Assembly (NCBI GenBank): GCA_043827405.1
Contig: JBDRPD010000025.1
Location: 1-64,000 of the forward strand
Length of the DNA: 64,000 bases
From: Elusimicrobiota bacterium
Lineage (GTDB): Bacteria > Elusimicrobiota > Elusimicrobia > UBA1565
Direction: 5' to 3'
Shown: positions 40,228 to 48,809 of the stretch, piece after piece
Layout: each line of letters starts with the position of its first letter
Numbering within the stretch: the first letter of the stretch is position 1
Notes under the pieces: model-generated
Seen by the model: only the letters and a program-made list of their open reading frames with translations
Told to the model about the DNA's origin: nothing
Databases searched by the model: none
Made by a program: the position numbers and the translations under genes

Positions 40228-41159
40228 TTAAGACTCCGGATGTAGGCCGTGAGCTCCGCGATCTCTTCGGGCGTGAGCGAAGCCTTGGGCATGGAGATGG
40301 AGAAGCCGGGAGGCACGTCGGCGCCCGGATCGGTAAGGGCGCGTTCGAGGTAGGCCTCATCGACCACCGCTTCGCGGTCCTTGCCGCCGGTGCGCACGGT
40401 CTGCTTTCTGCCGAACATCCCCTGCAATGTCGGCCCGAGCCCCTCCGTGCCGTCCAAGGTATGGCAGGTCAGACAGTCGCGCGCCTTAAGCGCCGCCGGC
40501 CTAAGGAGCCTCGCCGTTTTTTTCGCCGGTTTTGCCGCGGCGGCGGCCTCCGGATCGGTAAAATACCACTTCTTGAAATCTTCTTCCGGGAGGACGTGAA
40601 TCTTTGACAGCATGGCGGAGTGGTCGACGCCGCAGATGACGGTGCACTGGATGTCGAAGGTCCCCGGGATGGTAGGCGTGAACCACAGGAAGTTCATGCG
40701 TCCGGGCAGGACGTCGGCCTTTACCCGGAAGGCGGCGATGTAGAAGCCGTGCAGGACATCGATGGATTTCATCTCCAGCTTGACCGGCCGGCCGTGCGCT
40801 ACGCGAAGCTCTTCGGTGACCCGGCCGTTGGGATACTTGAAGCTCCAAGCCCACTGCCGCGCCGTGACCTTGATGACCATGGCGTCGGCTGGCGGCGTCC
40901 GCATTTCGCGGAAATTAGTCCAGCCGAAGTAGAACATGGCAAGGAACAGCACCAGCGGGATCAGCGTCCATACGACCTCGAGTCCGAAATGCCCCTCGAT
41001 ATCGACCGGCTCGGGATTACGCCGCCGACTGTAGCGGACGGTGAAATAGATCATCAAGCCGGTAATGCCGGCGAGGATCAGGACGGAAGCGACCAAAGAA
41101 ACGAAGAAGATTCTGTCGACTCCGGCTCCGAGGTTAGATGCTTGGGTGAAAAACGACAT
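40224..41159 (-). CDS. coxB: Cytochrome c oxidase subunit II with C-terminal cytochrome c (caa3 type)
   Basis: DVLHGF, CuA motif CTVICGVDHSAM, and heme c motif CLTCH. Confidence 0.95.
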   Translation of the reverse strand: MSFFTQASNLGAGVDRIFFVSLVASVLILAGITGLMIYFTVRYSRRRNPEPVDIEGHFGLEVVWTLIPLVLFLAMFYFGWTNFREMRTPPADAMVIKVTARQWAWSFKYPNGRVTEELRVAHGRPVKLEMKSIDVLHGFYIAAFRVKADVLPGRMNFLWFTPTIPGTFDIQCTVICGVDHSAMLSKIHVLPEEDFKKWYFTDPEAAAAAKPAKKTARLLRPAALKARDCLTCHTLDGTEGLGPTLQGMFGRKQTVRTGGKDREAVVDEAYLERALTDPGADVPPGFSISMPKASLTPEEIAELTAYIRSLK

Positions 41160-41165
41160 AGCTCC

Positions 41166-41444
41166 TCAGCGAAACGAAATATCCAAAAACATCATGGAAA
41201 TAAAAATGAACAGCACCGCAAAGGCGGTGAATACCATGGTCCGCAGCGCCAAGCCCTCATGCCTTAGATGCATGAAGTAGTAGAGGACCAAGGCGGTCTT
41301 GAACGGCGTGACAAAAACCATGGCCCATAGCGCCAGTTCCGGCCGGATCAGGCTTACGGCGACGAGCGCGCCTGTTAACAGCAGCAGCGCCGCCCATACC
41401 GCGGTCAGGGCCCCGTAACCGGTGTTGTGCTCGTCGTTCGTCAT
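41166..41444 (-). CDS. ctaF: Cytochrome c oxidase subunit IV
   Basis: VWAALLLLT and KTALVLYYFMHL. ATG 41444 overlaps the subunit III stop. Confidence 0.88.
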   Translation of the reverse strand: MTNDEHNTGYGALTAVWAALLLLTGALVAVSLIRPELALWAMVFVTPFKTALVLYYFMHLRHEGLALRTMVFTAFAVLFIFISMMFLDISFR

Positions 41445-42028
41445 GCCGCCAAATAGAACAAGGGCAGAATGAAAATCCATACCACGTCGACAAGATGCCA
41501 GTAAAGTCCCGCGTTCTCCAGGAGGATAAAATCATCCCGCTTGATCCGGTCTTTGGCGACCAGCACCAGCATGACCGCCAGGGCCGCCAGCCCCAGAATC
41601 ACATGCACTCCGTGCAGGCCGGTCATGGTGAAGTAGAGGCCGAAAAAAAGCACTTCCCCCGGCGGCAGGCCGGTCAATCCCGGACCGGAGGGGTAAATGC
41701 CGTGGGCGATCTTGCCGCTCCATTCGAAATACTTAACGACCAGAAAGCCCGCTCCCAGCAGCAAGGTCGCGGCCAGGCAGGACAAGGCCAGGCGCTTGTC
41801 GTCTTTGCGCACGGCGGAGATGGACATCGCCACGGTCCAGCTGCTCGTCAGCAGCAGAAAGGTGTTGCATACGCCGAGCGCGACGTTGAGCTCACCCCCC
41901 GCATGGTGGAAGTCGCGGGCATACTGCGACCGGTAGGCGGCGTAGAGCAAAAACAGCCCGCCGAACAGGATGATCTCCGTGAACAGGAACAGCCACATTC
42001 CAATCTTGGCGCCCTGATCGTCCCGCAT
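41441..42028 (-). CDS. coxC: Cytochrome c oxidase subunit III
   Basis: GMWLFLFTEI, TGLHGVHV and LYWHLVD. Confidence 0.95.
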   Translation of the reverse strand: MRDDQGAKIGMWLFLFTEIILFGGLFLLYAAYRSQYARDFHHAGGELNVALGVCNTFLLLTSSWTVAMSISAVRKDDKRLALSCLAATLLLGAGFLVVKYFEWSGKIAHGIYPSGPGLTGLPPGEVLFFGLYFTMTGLHGVHVILGLAALAVMLVLVAKDRIKRDDFILLENAGLYWHLVDVVWIFILPLFYLAA

Positions 42029-43632
42029 CAGCAGGTTCGCTCCGGGTTATAGGCGTAGGGCTTTTCGGTCACGGTAGGAATCTCGTCGAAATTCTCATGC
42101 GGCGGCGGCGAAGGAACATCCCATTCGAGGGTCCGTCCCCCCCAGGGATTCTTATCGGCATTCTTGCGGCGCAGGAAAGCCGAGAGGAAGGTCCAGAAGA
42201 ACAGCGCCAGCCCCGCCACCAGGATCCATGAGCCCACGGTGGCGACGAGGTGAAGCGTGTGGAATTGGGGCAGATGGTCGAAATAGCGCCGCGGCATTCC
42301 CATCACGCCCAGGATCATCATGGTCATGTATAGAAGGTTGAAGCCGACAAACAGCGGCACCCAGGCCGCATAGGCGATCCGCCGGCTGTACATGCGGCCG
42401 AACATCTTGGGAAACCAGTACAGCAGCGCCGCGAAGAAGCCGAATACCGTGCCGCCGAACATGACGTAGTGGAAGTGCCCGACGATGAAGTAGGTGTCGT
42501 GGAGGTGGACGTTGAGCGCGAGGGCGCCCTGCATGACCCCGGTGAGCCCGCCGATGCAGAACAGGAAGATAAAGGTCAGGGCATAAAGCATGGGCGGCGC
42601 GACCTCGATCGAGCCCTTATACAGCGTCGCCGTCCAGTTGAAAACCTTGATGGCGCTGGGCACGGCGACGATCATAGTGAGCAGCGAGAAGATCAGGTTG
42701 GCCAGCTCGCTCATGCCGCTGGTGAACATGTGGTGCGCCCAGACCAAAGAGCCGAGCGCGGCGATGGCCAGCGAGGAATAGGCGATGGCGCGATAGCCGA
42801 AGATCGTCCGGCGCGCGAAGGTGGGGATAATCTCGGAGATCGCGCCCATGGCGGGGATGATCATTACGTAGACGGCGGGATGGGAATAAATCCAGAAGAG
42901 GTGCTGGTAGAGCACCGGGTCCCCGCCCTTGACCGGGTCGAACACCCCGATGCCGAAAGTGCGCTCGATGATCACCAGCACCAAGGTGATGCCGATGATC
43001 GGGGTCGCCAGCACCTGAATCCAGCCCGTGGCGTAGAGCGACCAGACAAACAGCGGCATCTTGTGCCAGTCCATTCCGGGCGCGCGCAGGCGGTGGATCG
43101 TGGTGATGAAGTTCAGTCCCGTAAGAATGGAAGAGAAGCCGAGAACGAAAGCGGCAAAAACAGCCAGGGAGACGCTGGTTCCGGTCTGCAGGCTGTAGGG
43201 TGCGTAGAAGGTCCAGCCGGTATCGGGCGGTCCGCCGCCGGAAAACAGCGATGCGACCGCGAGGACAGCTCCCGCCACGAAGCACCACCAGGATGCCAGG
43301 TTGAGGCGCGGAAACGATACGTCCTTGGCGCCGATCATGATCGGCAGCATGAAGTTGCCGAAAACAGCCGGCAGGCCGGGCACTACGAACATGAAGATCA
43401 TGATTACGCCGTGCAAAGTAAACAGGGCGTTGTAAGCGGCCGGGCCGACCAACGTCTTGCCCATGGTCCAGTGCTCAAGACGCATAACGACGCCGATCGC
43501 GACCGCGACCCAAAACATGGCGACCATGCAGATCAGATAAAGGATTCCGATGCGCTTGTGATCGGTGGAGAATATCCAGGAGGTGATGCCGCTACCGCCG
43601 GTCTCCAGGTAGCTGCCTTTAGACTTTGTCAT
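42028..43632 (-). CDS. coxA: Cytochrome c oxidase subunit I (A2-type YS motif)
   Basis: DHKRIG, TLHG, WIYSHPAVYV, WAHHM and VGHFHY. Confidence 0.97.
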   Translation of the reverse strand: MTKSKGSYLETGGSGITSWIFSTDHKRIGILYLICMVAMFWVAVAIGVVMRLEHWTMGKTLVGPAAYNALFTLHGVIMIFMFVVPGLPAVFGNFMLPIMIGAKDVSFPRLNLASWWCFVAGAVLAVASLFSGGGPPDTGWTFYAPYSLQTGTSVSLAVFAAFVLGFSSILTGLNFITTIHRLRAPGMDWHKMPLFVWSLYATGWIQVLATPIIGITLVLVIIERTFGIGVFDPVKGGDPVLYQHLFWIYSHPAVYVMIIPAMGAISEIIPTFARRTIFGYRAIAYSSLAIAALGSLVWAHHMFTSGMSELANLIFSLLTMIVAVPSAIKVFNWTATLYKGSIEVAPPMLYALTFIFLFCIGGLTGVMQGALALNVHLHDTYFIVGHFHYVMFGGTVFGFFAALLYWFPKMFGRMYSRRIAYAAWVPLFVGFNLLYMTMMILGVMGMPRRYFDHLPQFHTLHLVATVGSWILVAGLALFFWTFLSAFLRRKNADKNPWGGRTLEWDVPSPPPHENFDEIPTVTEKPYAYNPERTC

Positions 43633-44404
43633 CTCGTTTCCTGCCCGTAACGACGAGGAAGCCGACGAATATCCCCGCCGTCGCCAAGATCACGGTTCCC
43701 GCCACGCGCGTCAGGCGGAAGACCTGGGTCCTGCTTCCGGGATCGTAAGTATAGCAATAGCGCAGAACCTTGCTTATCGTCGGCCGCGCCAGCTCTTTGT
43801 TCGCTTCCCAGACCGCCATCTGCACGTCGGAGGGCAGATAGCTGAGGCCGTACATGTAGCGGGTGATCGTCCCTTCCGGCGACAAAACGATGAGCACGGC
43901 GGGGTGCACGAAGTCCTTCTTGTAGGGGATAAAGTCAAAGCCTACCGCGTCCACCAGCCGCCGGGTCGCTTCCGGCTTGCCGGTGAGAAAACGCCATGAA
44001 TCCGGCAGGACGCCGCGCCGGACCTGCTTGATCTGGCTTTCCTTCTGCAGGCGCGCGATCTTGGGCGTGTCTTTTTTGTCGAAGCTGACGCTCAGCACGC
44101 GGAAATCCTTGCCGGGCTCGAGACGTATTCCGTTGAGCAGGTCCACCACGCTCTTGAGCTGGGGGCTGCAGATGCCGGTGCATTGGAAGTAGGTCAGCGT
44201 CAGCAAGGTCGGCCGGTCGATCAAGTCGCCCAAGCGCACCGCGCTCCCATCTTCGCCGATCAGCCGCAGATCCATGGGAACTTTTTGCCCCAGCTTCTCT
44301 TCGATCCCCACTTTCCCCTTGGCGTCTTCCACATGTTCGACTTTCCCGTGCGCCGACAGGCCCGGGACGGACAGCAGCAGCGCGCAGAGCAGTATGCCGG
44401 TCAC
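43619..44404 (-). CDS. SCO1/SenC family copper chaperone
   Basis: YFQCTGICS, WRFLTG and FVHP. GTG 44404 overlaps the upstream stop. Confidence 0.9.
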   Translation of the reverse strand: MTGILLCALLLSVPGLSAHGKVEHVEDAKGKVGIEEKLGQKVPMDLRLIGEDGSAVRLGDLIDRPTLLTLTYFQCTGICSPQLKSVVDLLNGIRLEPGKDFRVLSVSFDKKDTPKIARLQKESQIKQVRRGVLPDSWRFLTGKPEATRRLVDAVGFDFIPYKKDFVHPAVLIVLSPEGTITRYMYGLSYLPSDVQMAVWEANKELARPTISKVLRYCYTYDPGSRTQVFRLTRVAGTVILATAGIFVGFLVVTGRKRDDKV

Positions 44405-45285
44405 GGCAGGGCGCTCCTGAGCCGGCGGTGCAGGTCCGCCCACTGCGCGGCGTCGTACTGCAGGCAGCCGACGGCGAAGCCGTTGCCTGGGACGCCCGGA
44501 GCGACCGCGCGCGCCAGGGCGCTGGCGTTCGCCCGCCAGCCGCGCGTGCCGCGCAGCGTCAGCGCCGCGCGTTCGCGATCCCAAATCTCATCGAGCGCGG
44601 CGCCGGCCCGCAGCCCGGCGGGGCGGCGGAACTCCTTGATGAGTGCGGCGGCGGCCGTACTGACAGGGATTCGCGGCGGAACCCGCTCTCCGGCGGAGGC
44701 GAACTTCTTGGCCAGCGCGCGGAGCGCGGCGGGATCTTCCGGCGCTTCCGGGAAGGCGCCGAGCGCGCGCACATGATGCACCAAGGCCATGCGGTTAACG
44801 GGCCGGATGGCGTCAAACGGCGCCATCTGCGTTCCGGGAAGACCTTCCGATACGGTCTTGAATACGCCGACGATGCCGGAGCCGTTCTTCCAGCCTTCCG
44901 GCCGGGTCAAATCCCGGGGCGGCGGGTTCATGCCGCGCGCCGCCGGGCCGTCGCCGCGGCCCGCCTCGCCGTGGCAGGCGGCGCAGCTGCGCGCAAACAG
45001 ATCCCGGCCATTGGCCAGCAGTGCGGAGGACGGCGTCATGACGGTCTTGGGATCCACGGGCGGTAAAGTATAGCCGCGGGCCGGCGGGTATTCGGCCGGA
45101 TCCAGCCAGCCGCCGCGTCCCTGCAGCGACTCCTGCGGCGAAGGGAACAGCGGCTTATTGGCGTTGCGCAGGCCGGGGACGACGATCGCGGCGAAAAGGG
45201 CGAGCAGCGACAGGCCGATGAGCACCGCGAGAAAAGCCGATACCAAGCGCTTGAGCTCTCCCGTGCTCACGTAGCGCTCCATCAT
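44401..45285 (-). CDS. Membrane-anchored monoheme cytochrome c
   Basis: N-terminal TM, CAACHG and GTQMAPF. Confidence 0.88.
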   Translation of the reverse strand: MMERYVSTGELKRLVSAFLAVLIGLSLLALFAAIVVPGLRNANKPLFPSPQESLQGRGGWLDPAEYPPARGYTLPPVDPKTVMTPSSALLANGRDLFARSCAACHGEAGRGDGPAARGMNPPPRDLTRPEGWKNGSGIVGVFKTVSEGLPGTQMAPFDAIRPVNRMALVHHVRALGAFPEAPEDPAALRALAKKFASAGERVPPRIPVSTAAAALIKEFRRPAGLRAGAALDEIWDRERAALTLRGTRGWRANASALARAVAPGVPGNGFAVGCLQYDAAQWADLHRRLRSALP

Positions 45286-46346
45286 AGGCGGAACTCCAGG
45301 CCTTCCTTGAGAAAAGGATCTCCGACCGGCATATCCTCACCCCGGCGCATAGCCATTCGGCACCAGAGCAGACCCGCGGTCAGAAAGACCGCCGCGAACA
45401 AGAGCTCCGGCCAGGAGAAGAGGGGGCCTCCGCCGAGCGCCGGAAAGATCAGCCAGTACAAGTCCAGGAAGTGCGCCGCCAGAACGATGATGGAAACCTT
45501 GGCGAGATGCGGCAAGTCGCCTTTGGCGCCGCGCGGGATGAGGGCGAAAAACGGGATCACGAAATGGAGCACCGCCATAGCCAAAGCGATGACGCCCCAT
45601 GCTCCGCCGGTGCGGTCGATGTACCAGAACACCTCTTCCGGCAGGTTCGCGTACCACATCAGCATATACTGCGCGAAGCCGATGTAGGACCAGAATACGG
45701 TAAAGGCGAACATGAAGGCGCCCAGGTTGTAGATGTGATCGAAGCGCACTCCGGGCAGGCGTCCCTGCTTCGTCAGGTAGGTTATACCCAGCGTGGTGGC
45801 CGCCAGTCCCGCCAGGAAGAAGCCGGCAAAGACGTAGACGCCGAAAATATCGCTGTACCATTCGGGGTCCAGGCTGGAGAGCCAGTCGAATGAGACCAAG
45901 GTCACCGTGAGCGCGAACACGAACATGAAGGCGGGGGCCGCCCGCCGCAGCCGTACGGTGATCTCGGGGTCCTTGGTCTCGTCCTGCTCGAGCGAGCGGC
46001 CGACGAAGATATGCCGGCACAGCGCCCACAGCGCCAGGCAGACGACGGTGCGGGCGCAGAAAAACGGGATGTTGAGCCAGGCCGCTTTACCCGCGATCAG
46101 CGGATTGGCGGCGGCTTCCGGCCGCGCCCAGGGATAGAGCACCGGCAGCGAGAACAGCGCGATCAGTCCCAGCGGGACGGCGAGGTTCAGCAGACCCGAG
46201 AGCCGTTCGCAGACCCGCCGGATCGGCACGCTCCAGCGTGCGCCGACAAGATGCTCCAGCGCCACGATAAACAGGCAGCCGAGTCCGGTCCCGCTGAGAA
46301 AAAGGAACCACAGCAGCCAGTTGGCCCAGAACCGTTCGGCCGTCAT
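45282..46346 (-). CDS. actF: Alternative complex III subunit ActF
   Basis: FDWLSSLDPEWYSDIFG and QYMLMWYANLPEE. Start ATG 46346 with an ATGA overlap. Confidence 0.88.
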   Translation of the reverse strand: MTAERFWANWLLWFLFLSGTGLGCLFIVALEHLVGARWSVPIRRVCERLSGLLNLAVPLGLIALFSLPVLYPWARPEAAANPLIAGKAAWLNIPFFCARTVVCLALWALCRHIFVGRSLEQDETKDPEITVRLRRAAPAFMFVFALTVTLVSFDWLSSLDPEWYSDIFGVYVFAGFFLAGLAATTLGITYLTKQGRLPGVRFDHIYNLGAFMFAFTVFWSYIGFAQYMLMWYANLPEEVFWYIDRTGGAWGVIALAMAVLHFVIPFFALIPRGAKGDLPHLAKVSIIVLAAHFLDLYWLIFPALGGGPLFSWPELLFAAVFLTAGLLWCRMAMRRGEDMPVGDPFLKEGLEFRL

Positions 46347-47428
46347 GGAATATCCTCCGGCTTGGCGCGGCGCGCCCGCTGCAGCGCCCGGATATAGTGC
46401 GTGACGGCCCAGCGCTCGTCCGCGCTCAGCTCCGCGGCATATGAGGGCATCGCGTCCTTGCCCGCGGTCATGGCGTGAAACAGCTGGCCGTCGGTGTAGT
46501 CCCGGAACTTCTGCGACTGCAGGTTGGCGGGTGTGGCGCCGTAGGCCGCGCTTAAAGTCGTGCGGCCTTCGCCCAGGGCTCCGTGGCAGACCAGGCACTG
46601 CTCGCGGTAGGCCCGGCGGCCGGTGCGGATCACTTCCTCCGCGGCCGGCAGGGGATTGGCGCCGCCGGCCGCGACGAGGCCGCCGCGCGGCACCGTGCCG
46701 GCCGGCCGCGGCCGCATGCTGCCCGGCGCTTGCGCATCGAACCGGCGCTGGTCCTGCATGTGCGACATCGGCGGCAGCTTCGGAAAGAGCTTGACCGTCC
46801 AGTACGCCGCGAAGGCGGTCCCGCAGCAGGCGGCCGCGCAGAGGAAGGCGATGACCAGCGCCGTCTCCAGCCGGATCGGGGCCGGATCGTCGGGCAGCGG
46901 GACGATTTCGAGGCCGCGGGCGCCGGCCTGCTCGAGCGCTTGGCGCGCGGCGGTTTCGTCCAACGTTCCATCCTCCATTTCGAACGCCAGCGCGAAACGG
47001 TCGCGGGTGAGCGCGCGCATGGCCTTGGAGGCGAGCAGGGGATGCCACAGCGCCGGCAGCCGGTTGAGCAGAAACAGCATGCCGAGCCCGGCGGTCAAGG
47101 TGGCGAAAAGAACCATCGCCTCAAACATTACCGGCACGAAGGCCTGCCACGAGAACAGCGCCTTGCCGCCCGTGGGGACGGCGTAGTCGACGGCGCTCGT
47201 CCAGCCCTGAAACAGCAGCGCGCCGACGGCGCCCAGCGCGCCCATGACCAGGACCATGCCGGCCAAAGGGGAGCGGCGCAGGCCGAGCGCGTCCTCAATA
47301 CCGTGCACCGGATAGGGCGAGTAGGCTTCGAGGCGGCCGCCGGGCTTGCCCTTGAGCTTGCGCGCCGCGTCGATAAGACTCTGCGCGTCGTCGAACATTC
47401 CTACCACCGCGAAGACGCGCTTACTCAT
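46343..47428 (-). CDS. actDE: ACIII ActD-ActE fusion (DUF3341 + cytochrome c)
   Basis: YSPYPVHG and FVPVMFE, followed by MQDQ, GTVPRG, CLVCHG and AMPSY. Confidence 0.88.
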   Translation of the reverse strand: MSKRVFAVVGMFDDAQSLIDAARKLKGKPGGRLEAYSPYPVHGIEDALGLRRSPLAGMVLVMGALGAVGALLFQGWTSAVDYAVPTGGKALFSWQAFVPVMFEAMVLFATLTAGLGMLFLLNRLPALWHPLLASKAMRALTRDRFALAFEMEDGTLDETAARQALEQAGARGLEIVPLPDDPAPIRLETALVIAFLCAAACCGTAFAAYWTVKLFPKLPPMSHMQDQRRFDAQAPGSMRPRPAGTVPRGGLVAAGGANPLPAAEEVIRTGRRAYREQCLVCHGALGEGRTTLSAAYGATPANLQSQKFRDYTDGQLFHAMTAGKDAMPSYAAELSADERWAVTHYIRALQRARRAKPEDIP

Positions 47429-48809
47429 GGCCGTCCTCGTGTCCGTGGGAGGGCTGGGCGCCGTGCAGGATCGCCTTCATTTCCGTGGTCGCGATGACGG
47501 GGAGGACCCGAGCGAACAGCAGAACCAAGGTGAAAAACAGGCCGAACGAGCCCAGCAGGATGCCGAAGTCCGTCAGCGTCGGCGTAAAGACGTTCCAGGC
47601 CGCGGGCAAATAGTCCTGCTGCAGGGATATGACGATAATGACAAAGCGCTCGAACCACATGCCGACGGTTACCGCCAGCGCCACGAAGATCATGCCGGGA
47701 TAGCTGCGCCTAACCGTGCGCAGCCACAGGAGCTGGGGGATGCCGACGTTGCACATGAGCACGGTCCAGCCCGCCCAGCCGTAATTGCCGCCGATGTACT
47801 GCTTGAAGATATGATGCAGGTAGCCGCTCATGCTGTACCAGGCGGTAAAGGCTTCCAGCAGGTAGGCATAGCCCATCAGGCAGGACATCGCCAGGATGAC
47901 CTTGTTCATGACTTCCAGGTGGTATTCGGTGATGAGGTTTTTGAGCTCCATCGTCTCGCGCACCACGACGAGTACGATGACCACCATGGCGAAGCCGGCG
48001 AAGATCGCGCCGGTGACGAAGTAGGGCGGGAAGATCGTCATGTGCCAGCCCGGGACCAAAGAAACCGCGAAGTCGAAAGAGACGACGCTGTGCACCGAAA
48101 GCACCAGACCGGTCGCCAGACCGGCGAGCAGGAGATAGGCCTTCTCGTAGTGCTGCCAGTGCGAGGCGGCGCCCCGCCAGCCGAGGCTGAGGACGGTATA
48201 GGCCAGCTTCTTGATCTTGTTTTTGGCGCGGTCGCGCAGCGAGGCGATATCCGGGATCAGCCCCAGATACCAGAACATCAAAGACACGGTAAAGTAGGTG
48301 GAGACGGCCACCACGTCCCACAGCAGCGGCGAGCGGAAGTTGGGCCACAGCGCCCGCTGGTTCGGATAGGGAAAAAGCCAGAAGTTTATCCACGGGCGGC
48401 CGAGATGGATGAGGGGAAATATTCCCGCGCACATGACGGCGAATATGGTCATGGCTTCGGCGAAGCGGGCGATGGCGTTGCGCCAGCGCCGGCGGAACAG
48501 GAACAGGATGGCGGAGATCAGAGTTCCGGCGTGGCCGATGCCGACCCAGAACACGAAGTTGATGATCGGGAAGCCCCAGTAGACGGGCCGGTTGTTGCCC
48601 CAGACGCCGATGCCGTGGTACAGCGTATAGCCGATAAAGGCGAAGCCGATCGTCATGATCATGCTGGTGCAGGCGATGGCGATAAACCACTTAAGCGGCG
48701 GCTTTTTCTCGGCGTAGCTCAGGACCTGATCGTCGAGCGAGCCGGGGGTCACCCGGCCTTCGGTGAGGGCGGGCTCGCGCAGGGCGGCGGGAAGGGCGTC
48801 AGTGGCCAT
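47421..48809 (-). CDS. actC: ACIII ActC (NrfD/PsrC family)
   Basis: NFVFWVGIGHAGTLISA, HLGRPW, SVHSVVSFDFA and GMWFERF. Confidence 0.95.
   Translation of the reverse strand: MATDALPAALREPALTEGRVTPGSLDDQVLSYAEKKPPLKWFIAIACTSMIMTIGFAFIGYTLYHGIGVWGNNRPVYWGFPIINFVFWVGIGHAGTLISAILFLFRRRWRNAIARFAEAMTIFAVMCAGIFPLIHLGRPWINFWLFPYPNQRALWPNFRSPLLWDVVAVSTYFTVSLMFWYLGLIPDIASLRDRAKNKIKKLAYTVLSLGWRGAASHWQHYEKAYLLLAGLATGLVLSVHSVVSFDFAVSLVPGWHMTIFPPYFVTGAIFAGFAMVVIVLVVVRETMELKNLITEYHLEVMNKVILAMSCLMGYAYLLEAFTAWYSMSGYLHHIFKQYIGGNYGWAGWTVLMCNVGIPQLLWLRTVRRSYPGMIFVALAVTVGMWFERFVIIVISLQQDYLPAAWNVFTPTLTDFGILLGSFGLFFTLVLLFARVLPVIATTEMKAILHGAQPSHGHEDGHE

Noticed and set aside
46347..47048. 588-aa extended ActF ORF
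   Set aside because: The extension overlaps actDE in another frame. The ATGA junction at 46346 is the better start.
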